From: an uncultured Opitutia bacterium
Lineage (GTDB): Bacteria > Verrucomicrobiota > Verrucomicrobiia > Opitutales > UBA953
Direction of reading: 5' to 3'
NCBI GenBank assembly: GCA_903924185.1
Contig: CAIYAN010000038.1
Coordinates: 1-43,031, forward strand
Length of the DNA: 43,031 nt
Below are positions 16,299 to 26,300 of this stretch, piece after piece. Made by a program: the position numbers and the translations under genes. The notes beneath the pieces were generated by a model that was not told the origin of the DNA, made no database searches, and worked only from the letters and a program-made list of their open reading frames with translations. Positions within the stretch are counted from its first letter, which is position 1, and every line of letters starts with the position of its first letter.

Positions 16299-17339
16299 AT
16301 GAAGGCCCTGCTGCTGACGGAATATAAACAGATGTCCTATACGACGGTCGCCGACCCGGTCTGTGGCCCGTCCGACGTCCTGATCCAGGTCAAGGCCTGC
16401 GGCATCTGCGGTTCCGATATCCATGGCTACGATGGTTCGACGGGCCGGCGCATCCCGCCTTTGGTGATGGGGCATGAGGCCGCCGGGGTCATCACCGGCG
16501 TCGGTGCCGAAGTGAAGCACCTCGCGCCTGGCCAGCGCGTGACTTTTGACTCCACGGTCTTCTGCGGCGAGTGCGTCCATTGCAAACGTGGCGACGTGAA
16601 CCTCTGCGATAACCGCCAGGTCCTCGGCGTTTCCTGCGGCGACTACCGCCGTCACGGGGCCTTCGCTGAATTCGTCACCGTCCCCGCCCGTATCGTGCAC
16701 GTCCTGCCCGACGCCTTGGGCTTCAACGAGGCCGCCATGATCGAGGCTGTCTCGGTCGGCGTACACGCCGTGCGCCTCACCCCTTGCGCCCCGGGCGATA
16801 CCGCGGTGATCGTCGGCACGGGCATGATTGGCCTGTTGACGCTCCAAGCCGCCAAGATTGCCGGCTTCGCTCAGGTCATCGCCGTCGATACCGAAGATTC
16901 CCGTTTGGACGTCGCTTGCGAACTCGGAGCCACGCACCGCTTCAATGCCAAGACCGGCGGCGACCTCACGGAGTTTGTGCAGTCCCTGACGAAGGGGCAG
17001 GGTGCCGATGCGGCTTTCGAGTGTGTGGGCCTCAATGCTACGGTGCTTTCCGCCATCCATGCGGTCCGCAAGGGCGGCACGGTCACGCTCGTGGGTAACC
17101 TTACGCCCAAGACCGAACTGCCGTTGCAAGTTGTCGTCACCCGCCAGCTCCGCCTCCAGGGTTCCTGCGCTTCCGCTGGGGAGATTCCGCGCTGTATCGA
17201 GCTCCTTGCGACCAAGCAGATCAAGGTCGATAAGATTATCTCCGCTGTCGTGCCCCTTGAACAGGGTGCCGATTGGTTCGCTAAGCTCTACGCCGGCGCC
17301 CCCGGCGTCATGAAGGTCATCCTCGCCCCGCAGAACTAA
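16299..17339 (+). CDS. Zinc-dependent medium-chain dehydrogenase (sorbitol / L-idonate 5-dehydrogenase-like)
   Basis: 346 aa. Motifs present: CGICGSDIHG, GHEAAG, the structural Zn motif CGECVHCKRGDVNLC, and GTGMIG. Confidence 0.85.
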   Translation: MKALLLTEYKQMSYTTVADPVCGPSDVLIQVKACGICGSDIHGYDGSTGRRIPPLVMGHEAAGVITGVGAEVKHLAPGQRVTFDSTVFCGECVHCKRGDVNLCDNRQVLGVSCGDYRRHGAFAEFVTVPARIVHVLPDALGFNEAAMIEAVSVGVHAVRLTPCAPGDTAVIVGTGMIGLLTLQAAKIAGFAQVIAVDTEDSRLDVACELGATHRFNAKTGGDLTEFVQSLTKGQGADAAFECVGLNATVLSAIHAVRKGGTVTLVGNLTPKTELPLQVVVTRQLRLQGSCASAGEIPRCIELLATKQIKVDKIISAVVPLEQGADWFAKLYAGAPGVMKVILAPQN

Positions 17340-18136
17340 TGTCCTCCCCGTTCTTCAACCTCGCCGGCAAGGTCGCCTTCATCACGGGCACCAGCCGCGG
17401 CCTCGGCCAACATTTCGCCCGCGCCCTCGCGCAGGCCGGCGCCGATATCGCCATGTCCAGCCGCGATGCGTCCAAGCTCGATGGCTTCCGCAAGGAGATC
17501 GAAGCCCTCGGCCGGCGCACCTGTGCGGTCGCCCTCGATGTCCGTGACGGTGCTAGTATCAAGGCGGCGGTCGCCGAGGTGGAACGTCAGATGGGCCGCA
17601 TCGACATCCTCGTGAACAACGCGGGCTGCAATATCCGCAAGCCCGCCCTGGAAGTGACCTGGGAAGATTGGAATACCATCCTCGACACGAACCTGCGTGG
17701 GACGTTCTTCACGGCGCAGGCCGTCGCTCCGGGCATGATTGCCCGCGGTTATGGTCGTATCATCAATATTGGTTCGGTGACCTGTGTGGCGGGCTATGCA
17801 GGCCTCGCCCCGTATGGCGCGAGCCGCGGTGGCGTGAAGCAACTGACGATGAGTTTGGCCGACGATTGGGGTCGCCATGGCGTGACCGTGAATTGCCTCG
17901 CCCCGGGTTGGTTCAAGACCGCCCAGAATGCGGTGCTCTATGAGCAGAAGGAATGGGTCGAATACTTGTGTGACCGCATCCCGCTGAAGCGTCCCGGCGC
18001 GGCGGATGACCTCGCCGGACCAGTGGTCTTCCTCGCCTCCGAGGAAAGTCGCTACGTCACTGGTCAGACCCTCCTCGTCGATGGCGGTATCAGCACGGGC
18101 GCCACCCGCGCCACGGTTGCCCCGCCCAAGGCCTAA
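17339..18136 (+). CDS. SDR oxidoreductase, gluconate 5-dehydrogenase / 5-keto-D-gluconate reductase-like
   Basis: 265 aa. Motifs TGTSRGLG, NNAG, APGWFKT and LLVDGG resemble E. coli IdnO/Gno. The start overlaps the upstream stop (TAATG). The active-site motif reads YGASR instead of YxxxK. Confidence 0.8.
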   Translation: MSSPFFNLAGKVAFITGTSRGLGQHFARALAQAGADIAMSSRDASKLDGFRKEIEALGRRTCAVALDVRDGASIKAAVAEVERQMGRIDILVNNAGCNIRKPALEVTWEDWNTILDTNLRGTFFTAQAVAPGMIARGYGRIINIGSVTCVAGYAGLAPYGASRGGVKQLTMSLADDWGRHGVTVNCLAPGWFKTAQNAVLYEQKEWVEYLCDRIPLKRPGAADDLAGPVVFLASEESRYVTGQTLLVDGGISTGATRATVAPPKA

Positions 18137-18148
18137 GCCCTTTTCGCC

Positions 18149-19486
18149 ATGCTCTACGCGCTCCTCGCTATCGCTGTTCTGGTCGGCCTCGTCACGTGGC
18201 TGAAGCTCAACCCTTTCATCGCCTTGCTGCTGAGCTCGCTCGCGCTCGGGGCGATGGTCGTCGGCACTTCGGGTACGCTCAGCATGACCGAGGTCCTCAA
18301 GGCCTTTCAGACCGGCTTCGGTAACACCTTAGCGGGCACGGGGACCATCATCGTCCTGGGCGTCGTCTTCGGTAAGCTCCTCGCCGAATCGGGCGGCGCT
18401 GGCGTCCTCGCGAAGCGTTTCATTCAGGTGCTGGGACCTGACCGTATCGGCCTCTGCATTATCCTGCTGGCGCTCTGCGTCGGCATGACGACTTGGTTTG
18501 CGGTCGGCCTCCTCCTCATTTTGCCGATCGTGATTACCTTAGCCAAGGAGACCGGTAAGCCGTTTCTCCTGCTGGTGCTCCCGATGCTTTCATTCCTCTC
18601 GGTCATGCACGGCCTCATGCCACCGCATCCCGGTCCGGTCATCGCCATCGAGGCCCTGAAAGCCGACATGGGCAAGGTCATCCTCTGGGCGCTCGTGCTC
18701 GGCATTCCCGTCGCGGCCATCGCGGGTCCGTTCTTCGCGCGTATGGCGGTCAAACGCGTTGCCGTGGCGACGCCTGATTTTGTGCCCTCGGTCTCGGAGG
18801 GGCAGGTCTTGCCGTCCTTTGGCCTGACGTTATTCACGGTGCTGTTGCCGGTCATCCTGCTTCTGACCGGCACGCTGGTCGAGCTACTGCAGGCGAAGGA
18901 GGCGCTCTGGGGTAAGGTGGGGCTCTTCGTCGGCCACCCCGTGATTGCCCTGCTATTGTCGGTGCTCTTCGCGATGTGGGCTTTCGGTAAACGTTGCGGC
19001 CGCTCCGCTGGTGAGTTGCTAAAGTTCTCCGAACAAAGCGTGGCGGGTATCGGCATGACCTTAATCCTGGTCGGTGCGGGTGGTGGCTTTGCGTTAGTGA
19101 TGCGTACAGCCGGGGTAGACAAGCAGCTCGCCGAATTGGCGGCCTCGGCTGGTTTGCCCTTGTTGGTCTACGGCTGGCTCGTCTCGGCCTTCATCCGCGT
19201 CGCTACGGGATCTGCGACCGTGGCCATCACCGTCGCTGCGGGCTTCATCGCCCCCGTCCTGGCGGCCAACCCCGGCACGAGCCCCGAGCTCATGGTCATC
19301 TCAATTGGCTGCGGGTCACTCTTTCTGTCCCACCTTAACGATAGCGGCTTCTGGATGGTCAAGGAATGCCTCGGCCTGACCGTAGGCCAGACCCTGCGCA
19401 CTTGGACGATCACCGAGACGCTTATCGGGTTCTCGGGTTTGGCGATGGCCTTACTGGCGGAACAGTTCCTGAAGTTACTCGCCTGA
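18149..19486 (+). CDS. GntP family permease (gluconate/idonate:H+ symporter-like)
   Basis: 445-aa polytopic membrane protein. It has a GntP-like N-terminus and organisation, and lies 12 nt after the SDR gene. Confidence 0.85.
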   Translation: MLYALLAIAVLVGLVTWLKLNPFIALLLSSLALGAMVVGTSGTLSMTEVLKAFQTGFGNTLAGTGTIIVLGVVFGKLLAESGGAGVLAKRFIQVLGPDRIGLCIILLALCVGMTTWFAVGLLLILPIVITLAKETGKPFLLLVLPMLSFLSVMHGLMPPHPGPVIAIEALKADMGKVILWALVLGIPVAAIAGPFFARMAVKRVAVATPDFVPSVSEGQVLPSFGLTLFTVLLPVILLLTGTLVELLQAKEALWGKVGLFVGHPVIALLLSVLFAMWAFGKRCGRSAGELLKFSEQSVAGIGMTLILVGAGGGFALVMRTAGVDKQLAELAASAGLPLLVYGWLVSAFIRVATGSATVAITVAAGFIAPVLAANPGTSPELMVISIGCGSLFLSHLNDSGFWMVKECLGLTVGQTLRTWTITETLIGFSGLAMALLAEQFLKLLA

Positions 19487-19494
19487 TTTCGCAC

Positions 19495-20154
19495 ATGGTC
19501 TTACGACTCCTCTGCCTTTGCTTGGCCTGCGGTCTCTCTGCCGCCGAGGCCACCGCCACCCGCATCATGGCTGTCGGGGATTCAATTACTCAAGGCGGCA
19601 AGACCTTCGCGGCCTATCGGATTCCGTTGGCGGCGAAGCTCCAGGCTGCCGGGGTTCGTGTTGTCTTCGTCGGCTCGCAGAAGACGGACACCCCGCAAGG
19701 CCCGCTTTGGCATGAAGGCTACGGCGGAAAGAATGCCGAATACCTCGCCACGATTCTCGAGGCCAAGCTCAAGGCGAACCCAGCGAACGTCCTAATGCTG
19801 CAGGCGGGCCATAACCATTTCATTGAGGAGAAGCCGGTGGCTGGCATCGTGGCTGCGCACCGGGAGATGATTGCCACGGCCCGGCGGCTCAATCCGAAGG
19901 CCATTGTCTTCGTGGCACAGGTCATTCCTAGCGGAAAGTTGCCGAAGTATAGTTACATCCCTGAGCTCAACACCGCTCTCGCTGGGCTGGTCAAGGAACT
20001 GCATCGTCCGGAACAGCCCGTCTATCTGGTGGACCTCGCGACTGGTTTTGATCCGGCGAAGGACACCATCGCCGACCTCGTGCATCCCAACACCACCGGC
20101 GCCGAAAAAATCGCGCAGCGCTGGAGCGAGGCTTTGACGAAGGCGTTGCGTTGA
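19495..20154 (+). CDS. SGNH/GDSL hydrolase (esterase/deacetylase), secreted
   Basis: Signal peptide MVLRLLCLCLACGLSAAEA. Block I is VGDSITQGG, and the catalytic motif is DLVHPN. The start is placed at ATG 19495, because the longer ORF overlaps gntP. Confidence 0.8.
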   Translation: MVLRLLCLCLACGLSAAEATATRIMAVGDSITQGGKTFAAYRIPLAAKLQAAGVRVVFVGSQKTDTPQGPLWHEGYGGKNAEYLATILEAKLKANPANVLMLQAGHNHFIEEKPVAGIVAAHREMIATARRLNPKAIVFVAQVIPSGKLPKYSYIPELNTALAGLVKELHRPEQPVYLVDLATGFDPAKDTIADLVHPNTTGAEKIAQRWSEALTKALR

Positions 20155-20316
20155 GTGCTCGCAATTGGGCAAAGTCAAATTTCTGAGGTAAGGTTTAGGT
20201 CTCTAGATGGTGTCGGTTCTGTGAACTAAGTCTGTCCTGTGTCGGCCGGGAGACATCTTATGACGGGTCTTAATTGAGTATTTCCACCTAGGTCAAAGGT
20301 CGCATCTACGGCGGTC

Positions 20317-23300
20317 ATGACTTCTGGAAAAAAGTGCCCAAGTTCGCTCGGTAAGACGCTACGACTCTTGCTTGCCGCAGCGGCCATGCCGGTCGGAGCG
20401 TATGCGCAGACCACGATCACCTTTCAGCAAGGCACGGCTGGTTACCTCGGTGGCGTCGACCGGAACCTAACTGCGACTACCGCCGCCGCCAACGTTGCCC
20501 TTGGCGAAGTTGCCATGAATAACGGCACGACGGTCGCAGAGTCCCAGTATTTCCTAAAGTTTAGTAGCCTGTTTGGCACGGGGGCCGCCTTTATTCCGAC
20601 GAACGCGACGATTTTGAGCGCGACGTTGACCCTGAAGGTTGGGGCGACGACGGGCGACACTGCGGCGGCGACTTCTGCTGGAATCACCGTGGCCCCGATG
20701 CTGGCGGATTTTACCAATGCCACTTCCTTGGTCTCCTTTAGTGGGGTCAGCGCTGTCGGGACCACCTTATTGACGAACGGTCCGCTCTATGTGAACGGTT
20801 TGACCAAGTTACCCACGGCAATCACCAGTCCAGCGGTACTCAATACGTCGTATTCAGCGAACGTTACCCAAGCCGTCCAAGCTTGGTCTTCTGGTGCCTA
20901 CACGAATAATGGCTTCGTCGTCCAGTCCCAGGTCGCCGATCTCCTGCGTGTCAACGGCGATGCGGCCACGACGGTCGCCAATCGCCCGATTCTGTCGGTG
21001 ACTTACGTCACGAATGGCACGACTACTTCGTTCAAGAATGGCGTTAATGGGTATGTTGGCTTCACTGGCATCACGACCCAGCACCCTTCCGACGGTACCT
21101 TGGCTACGACGCAGATCACTGCGACATCGACTAAGGTCACCTTAGATGGGGCCACCGGAAATTCGTTACCGGGTAATGTCGCCAGTCCGGATTGGCTAGG
21201 TTTACTCAAGGTCGGGAATATCTTTGGTTCCGCTAAGTCGCAGGTTCCCACGCGTGCCACCATCTCGAAGGCTTGGGTAATCGTGAACACCGGAACCAGT
21301 TCCAATGATCAGTCGGGTGGACCTTATAACATGTATCGGATGATTACCGCCTGGGATACGACGTCGACCTATGACTCCTTGAGCACTGTGGGCGGCCCTT
21401 ACCTTGGGCCGATTTCGGGCACCGACTACCTGGCGGCTGGGGTGACGTCCTCGCCCAGTTCCTTGCCGCAGGGTGCCAACAGCCTCTTCGATATCACGGC
21501 GGACATCACGGCTTGGAAGAATGGGACGGCTAATAATGGTTGGCTATTCCGCACGCGCACCTCGACCGACGGTTGGGCGTTTAACGGCCCCGGTGCGACC
21601 GACGTCAATAAACGTCCGGAACTTCAGGTGAATTACGTCGTTGATCAGCTGCGTTGGAAAGGCGACGTCTCGGCCGTATGGGACGCGGGGACCGCCGTCG
21701 GTACGGGTGGCACGAACAATTGGATGTTAGAAACAGCGGGGACGGCCACGAACTTTATTCCGACGGACCGCGTGCTCTTCGATGATACCGCTGCCGGGAC
21801 TGGTGCGGTGACCATTAGTGTGGCGGCCGATTTGCAGCCGCAACGTGTGACCTTTAATAATGCGACCCGTGATTATTTACTCACGGGTCCGGGTGCGCTC
21901 ACCGGTGGTGGTGAGTTTTGGAAAACCGGCGGAGGGACCACTGTCATTACGACGAATGTTCTGCTCACGGGGGGCGCGCGCATTTTTGCTGGAACTTTGC
22001 AAGTCGGCACCGGCGGCACGGACGGCAATTTGGCTGGTCCGATTATCGTCGATGCAGGGGCGATGTTAATCGTCAACCGTAGCGATAATATCACGAACAC
22101 CGAATCCATCACGGGGGCTGGTAATGCCACGAAACTTGGCGCGGGGCGTTTTGATGCAGGCGCAGCTTTCAATTTGACCGGAAACTTAACGATCAACGGT
22201 GGTACCTTGGCGGTTGGTGCCGGTGCCCGTCCATCCTCCGTTTCCGTGGGTGCGGGTGCGACGTTTGCGGTGACGAGTGGCCTCACGACCACGACGATGC
22301 TCTTGCCGACCCTGACACTGGCTACTGCGGGTGCCACCCTGCAGTTCGAGTTGGCTACGCTGAGCAATCCGACGGTACCGTTACTGTCTGTGACGGGGAC
22401 CGATGGTTTGGTCTTATCGGGCGGGGCGCATCAGTTGAACATCGTATCCACGGGTTCACTCGGTCTGGGGACGTTTACCCTAGTAAACTACGTTGGGGCC
22501 GACATCGCCGCGGGGTTCACCTTGAATACGTTGCCGCAGCGCCTCATCGGTAACCTCGTCTACAATACTGCCGCTAAGTCGATTGACCTAAGCATCACTG
22601 ACCAAAACCAGATTCTTTGGAGTGGCGTGGTCGATGGCACTTGGGATGCCGGCACGGGCGTGAATTTAGGTGGTACCATGAATTGGATCGAGAAAGCCAA
22701 TACCGCTGGGTCGGCCGCGACCAATTTCTTCGCGGGCGACAAGGTTGCTTTCGATGACACCGCTGTCGTACGCGTCATCAACCTCGTGGGCGAAATTGGC
22801 CCGAGCGGGGTAAGTGTAAATAGCCAGTATGATTTCACCTTCGGCGGTACGGGTACTTTGGCTCCCACCGGTGCTTTGACCAAAGCAGGTACGGGCCGGC
22901 TTACGCTCCTAGCCAGCAAGACTTCCGCCGGTTTTACCTCCATTAACAATGGAGTCCTTCAACTGGGCGATGCTACGAACACTCCCACCTTATCGGGTAC
23001 GGTCACCATTGCCGCTGGCGCTAACCTGAACGTCGTCAACGGTACTTTGGCGGCGGTCACGACGGTTGCGACGGGTGGCAGTCTGCGCGTGGACGGCGGC
23101 ACTGTCACCGGTGCTCTCAATCTTTCAGGTAATGCCGACTTCTTTGGCGGCAACCTATCCGGCGTGGCGACGCTCGCAGCGGGTGGCCTCCTGAAGGTAA
23201 AGTCGACCTTCGCGGGCTCGTTAACCGGTAACATCATTGTCCCCACGGATGCGACGTTGCAGTTTGAGCAAGCAGCAGCCATTCGCTTCGACAAGGTCGT

Positions 23301-26300
23301 TTCGGGGACGGGTGTGCTTAACTTTAACGGCCCTGGTCGCACTACTTTCGGTGGTAGTAGCAACGGCTTCACTGGCACGGTCAACGTGAATGCGGGCGAG
23401 TTTCGCATCGACGATCCTGGGACGGGTGGTGACTTAGGTGTTACTAATATCATCGTCAATAATGGTGGCCGTTTTCAGTTCGGCGATACCTCCATCGGTA
23501 ATCCGGATTTACCGGGGACTACTTACATTACCATCAACACGGGCGGCGTCATTGCCTTTCAAGAGGCCGAAGACTTTGGCGGCATCCATCTCAATGGGGG
23601 CACGGTCCTGCTCGAGCAGAGCGGCTTCAATCTCACCGGTACCACCGCGATCATGGTCTGGAACTCTGGGACCATCAAAACCTTGGATGGTGGTACGTCC
23701 CCATACAACATCGCAGGCACTGCCGGATCCCCAGTTCTGAAGCTCACGAGCGGTGTGGTTGAGGTGAGTGGCTTAGCGGCCCTGAACTTACCCAGCGGTA
23801 TGCAGGTTGCCGAAGGCACCTTGAGACTGGTTTCCGCAGCTAATCTCGGCAGCGGTGCCATGCCGATTGCCTTGGGTAGCGACGCCACCGCGGTCACGCC
23901 CACCGTGGGCACGTTGGAATACACTGGTTTGACCGCCACCCGTTCCGGGGCTTTCATCGTGAATCAAGGGGGTGGGGTTATCTCGGTCACCACCTCTGGC
24001 GCAACGTTGACCTTATCTGGGACGCTTTCCGGGGCAGGTGATCTGAAGAAGCTGGGTGCTGGCAATCTGTCGATGGGGGATTCTTCATCCTACACCGGTT
24101 TAATCACGGTGACGGAAGGCGGTTGGACCTTGGGGGCCAACGTAGTGGGGCAGTCGCTGTCAACCATCCGCCTTGACGGTGGTAGCCTTCTCTTCGCAGG
24201 CTCGGTCAGCGGAGCGAGCCAGTTTAACCTGGGTGAACTGCAACTGGCGCCGACGGCCACACAACGCGATATCGTTTTAGTGGATACGGCTGCCTTGCCT
24301 TTGCCGGCTATCTTAAACCTGGGTGGCAAGAACGTTGACATGGTCTTTGATGGCACGTTCTCCGGGGCCGGCACGTTGGTGAAGGTCGGGACTGGTTTGC
24401 TTAAGCTCACGCAGGCGAACCCTTTGAGCGGGACGACCAAATTATCGAACGGCACGCTGACTTTAGCCCATCGCGACGCCCTTCGCTCCAGTACCTTAGA
24501 TTTGGCTGGTGGAACGCTAGTCTTCGATGCCGCCGTGACCTCCAAGGTTTTTGCTCTAGGTGGCCTGACGACTTCACTGATTACACCAGCCAATCTCGCC
24601 TTGGTGAATTCGGTGGGGGACGCGGTGACCTTGGAAATCGGCCGAGGCGACGCGAGTTCGCTCTTTACGGGGGTCGTGAGTGGACAGGGTGGCCTCACTA
24701 AGATTGGTAACGGCACTTTGACGCTGAGCGGCGCCAATACCTTTACGGGTGAGTTGAAGGTACAGGCCGGTACCGTCGCGCTCGCCGGTGTCAGTCTGCT
24801 GTCGGGCGGCGTCACCATCGATGGCGGCGTGCTGCAGGTTTCCACCGCACTGGCACTGGAAAACGTGGTGACGCTGAATGTGCCAAATAGTGGTGGAATC
24901 GCTTGGGGTGCCGGCGTTAGCGCGGATATCTCCGCTAAGTTGCCGACGCTTTTAGCTGGCACGACCTTTACGTTCGATACGAGCGGCAATAATGTGGCCT
25001 TCGCTCTTCCGTTGGCGGGCGCTGCGACCGTGCGCAAGGTAGGGGCAGGGCAATTGCTCGTCCCAGCTGCCCCAAGCTTCACGGGTAAGTGGGTGCTCTC
25101 AGGGGGAGAGTTAGGCATGGCCACGGACGCTGCTTTCGGTGCCGTTCCTACTAATATCGTCGCCGATCAGGTGGTCCTGGATGGCGGTGCTATTCAGGCT
25201 ACCTCCAGTTTTACGCTCAATGCCAAGCGTGGCTTACTCGTACGGACTGGTTCGACGGGCTACCTCAATCCGGTTGCTGGTGCCACCTTGCGCGTGGAGT
25301 CTGTGATCTCCAGCGAATCCTCCGTCGCTACGCTCGTGATCGGTGGGCCCAATGCCTTCTTTACCGGCAGCGGTACGGTCGTGCTTGCGGGGGCGAATAC
25401 CTTTGCGGGTTCCTGGTTGATTCAAGACAGCACGTTGCAGGTAGCCTCGATGGGAGACGGAACCAACCCGTCCGCCTTGGGGCTCGTGCCCATGACGCCC
25501 GCTGGCCTCAAGTTCTCGGGTGGCACCTTGCTCTATAGCGGCGCAGGTGAGTCGACGGCCCGTGGCTTCACCGTGGCTGGCAGCGGGGCCCGCTTTAGCT
25601 CGGAAGGGAATGGAGCTTTGGTGATCACTTCCTCGGCGTTGGTGGATTTCAGTAATGACTTCAGCCCGAACCGCCGTTTGACCCTGGCTGGTTCTAACTT
25701 GGGCGGAAATATATTCGCCGCCGAGATGTTCGAGTCGGATTCCTCACAGTTTGTATTCTCCGGACTAATCAAGGAAGGCGTCGGCCAGTGGTTACTCTCC
25801 GGTCCGGCGGCACGCTTCGCGCCGACGGCTGAATTCAACCTTAATGCCGGCCAACTTACTTTCACGGCGGGTGCGTTGGGCGATAATACTTACACGGGTC
25901 CGGTGGTGGTTAGCGGAACATCGACACTGGCTTGGGCCTCTGGTAATAACGATGACCTGTCGGCGCGCCTGCGCATTACTGACGGGTCGACGGCGACGTT
26001 TGATATCGCTTCGGGCGGCTTAGTCCGCCTCGGCAGTTCGTTGACGTTTGGTGCCGCGGCTGACGGTCGTATGGTCAAGCAAGGCTCAGGTGCGTTAGTC
26101 TTCGCCGCCGCCAACGCCTTTAGCGGAGGCCTGACGGTGGAGCAGGGAATTGTTAGGGTGACTGCCGCCAGCGGCCTAGGCTCCGGTGCAGTCACGGTCA
26201 ACGGAGGCACCTTGAGCGTGGAAGCGAATCTCAGCAATGCAGTCCAAGTCACGGGTGGCACTTTGACCGGCGGCGGCGCCCTAGGTGTAGTCACCATGGG

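Noticed and set aside
19366-19494. An upstream extension of the SGNH hydrolase ORF.
   Set aside because: It overlaps the 3-prime end of the GntP gene in another frame. The signal peptide begins at ATG 19495.
20155-20316. A promoter or riboswitch-like leader upstream of the giant gene.
   Set aside because: The region is relatively AT-rich, but I could not identify a convincing -35/-10 pair or a conserved RNA fold by eye, so no feature is called.
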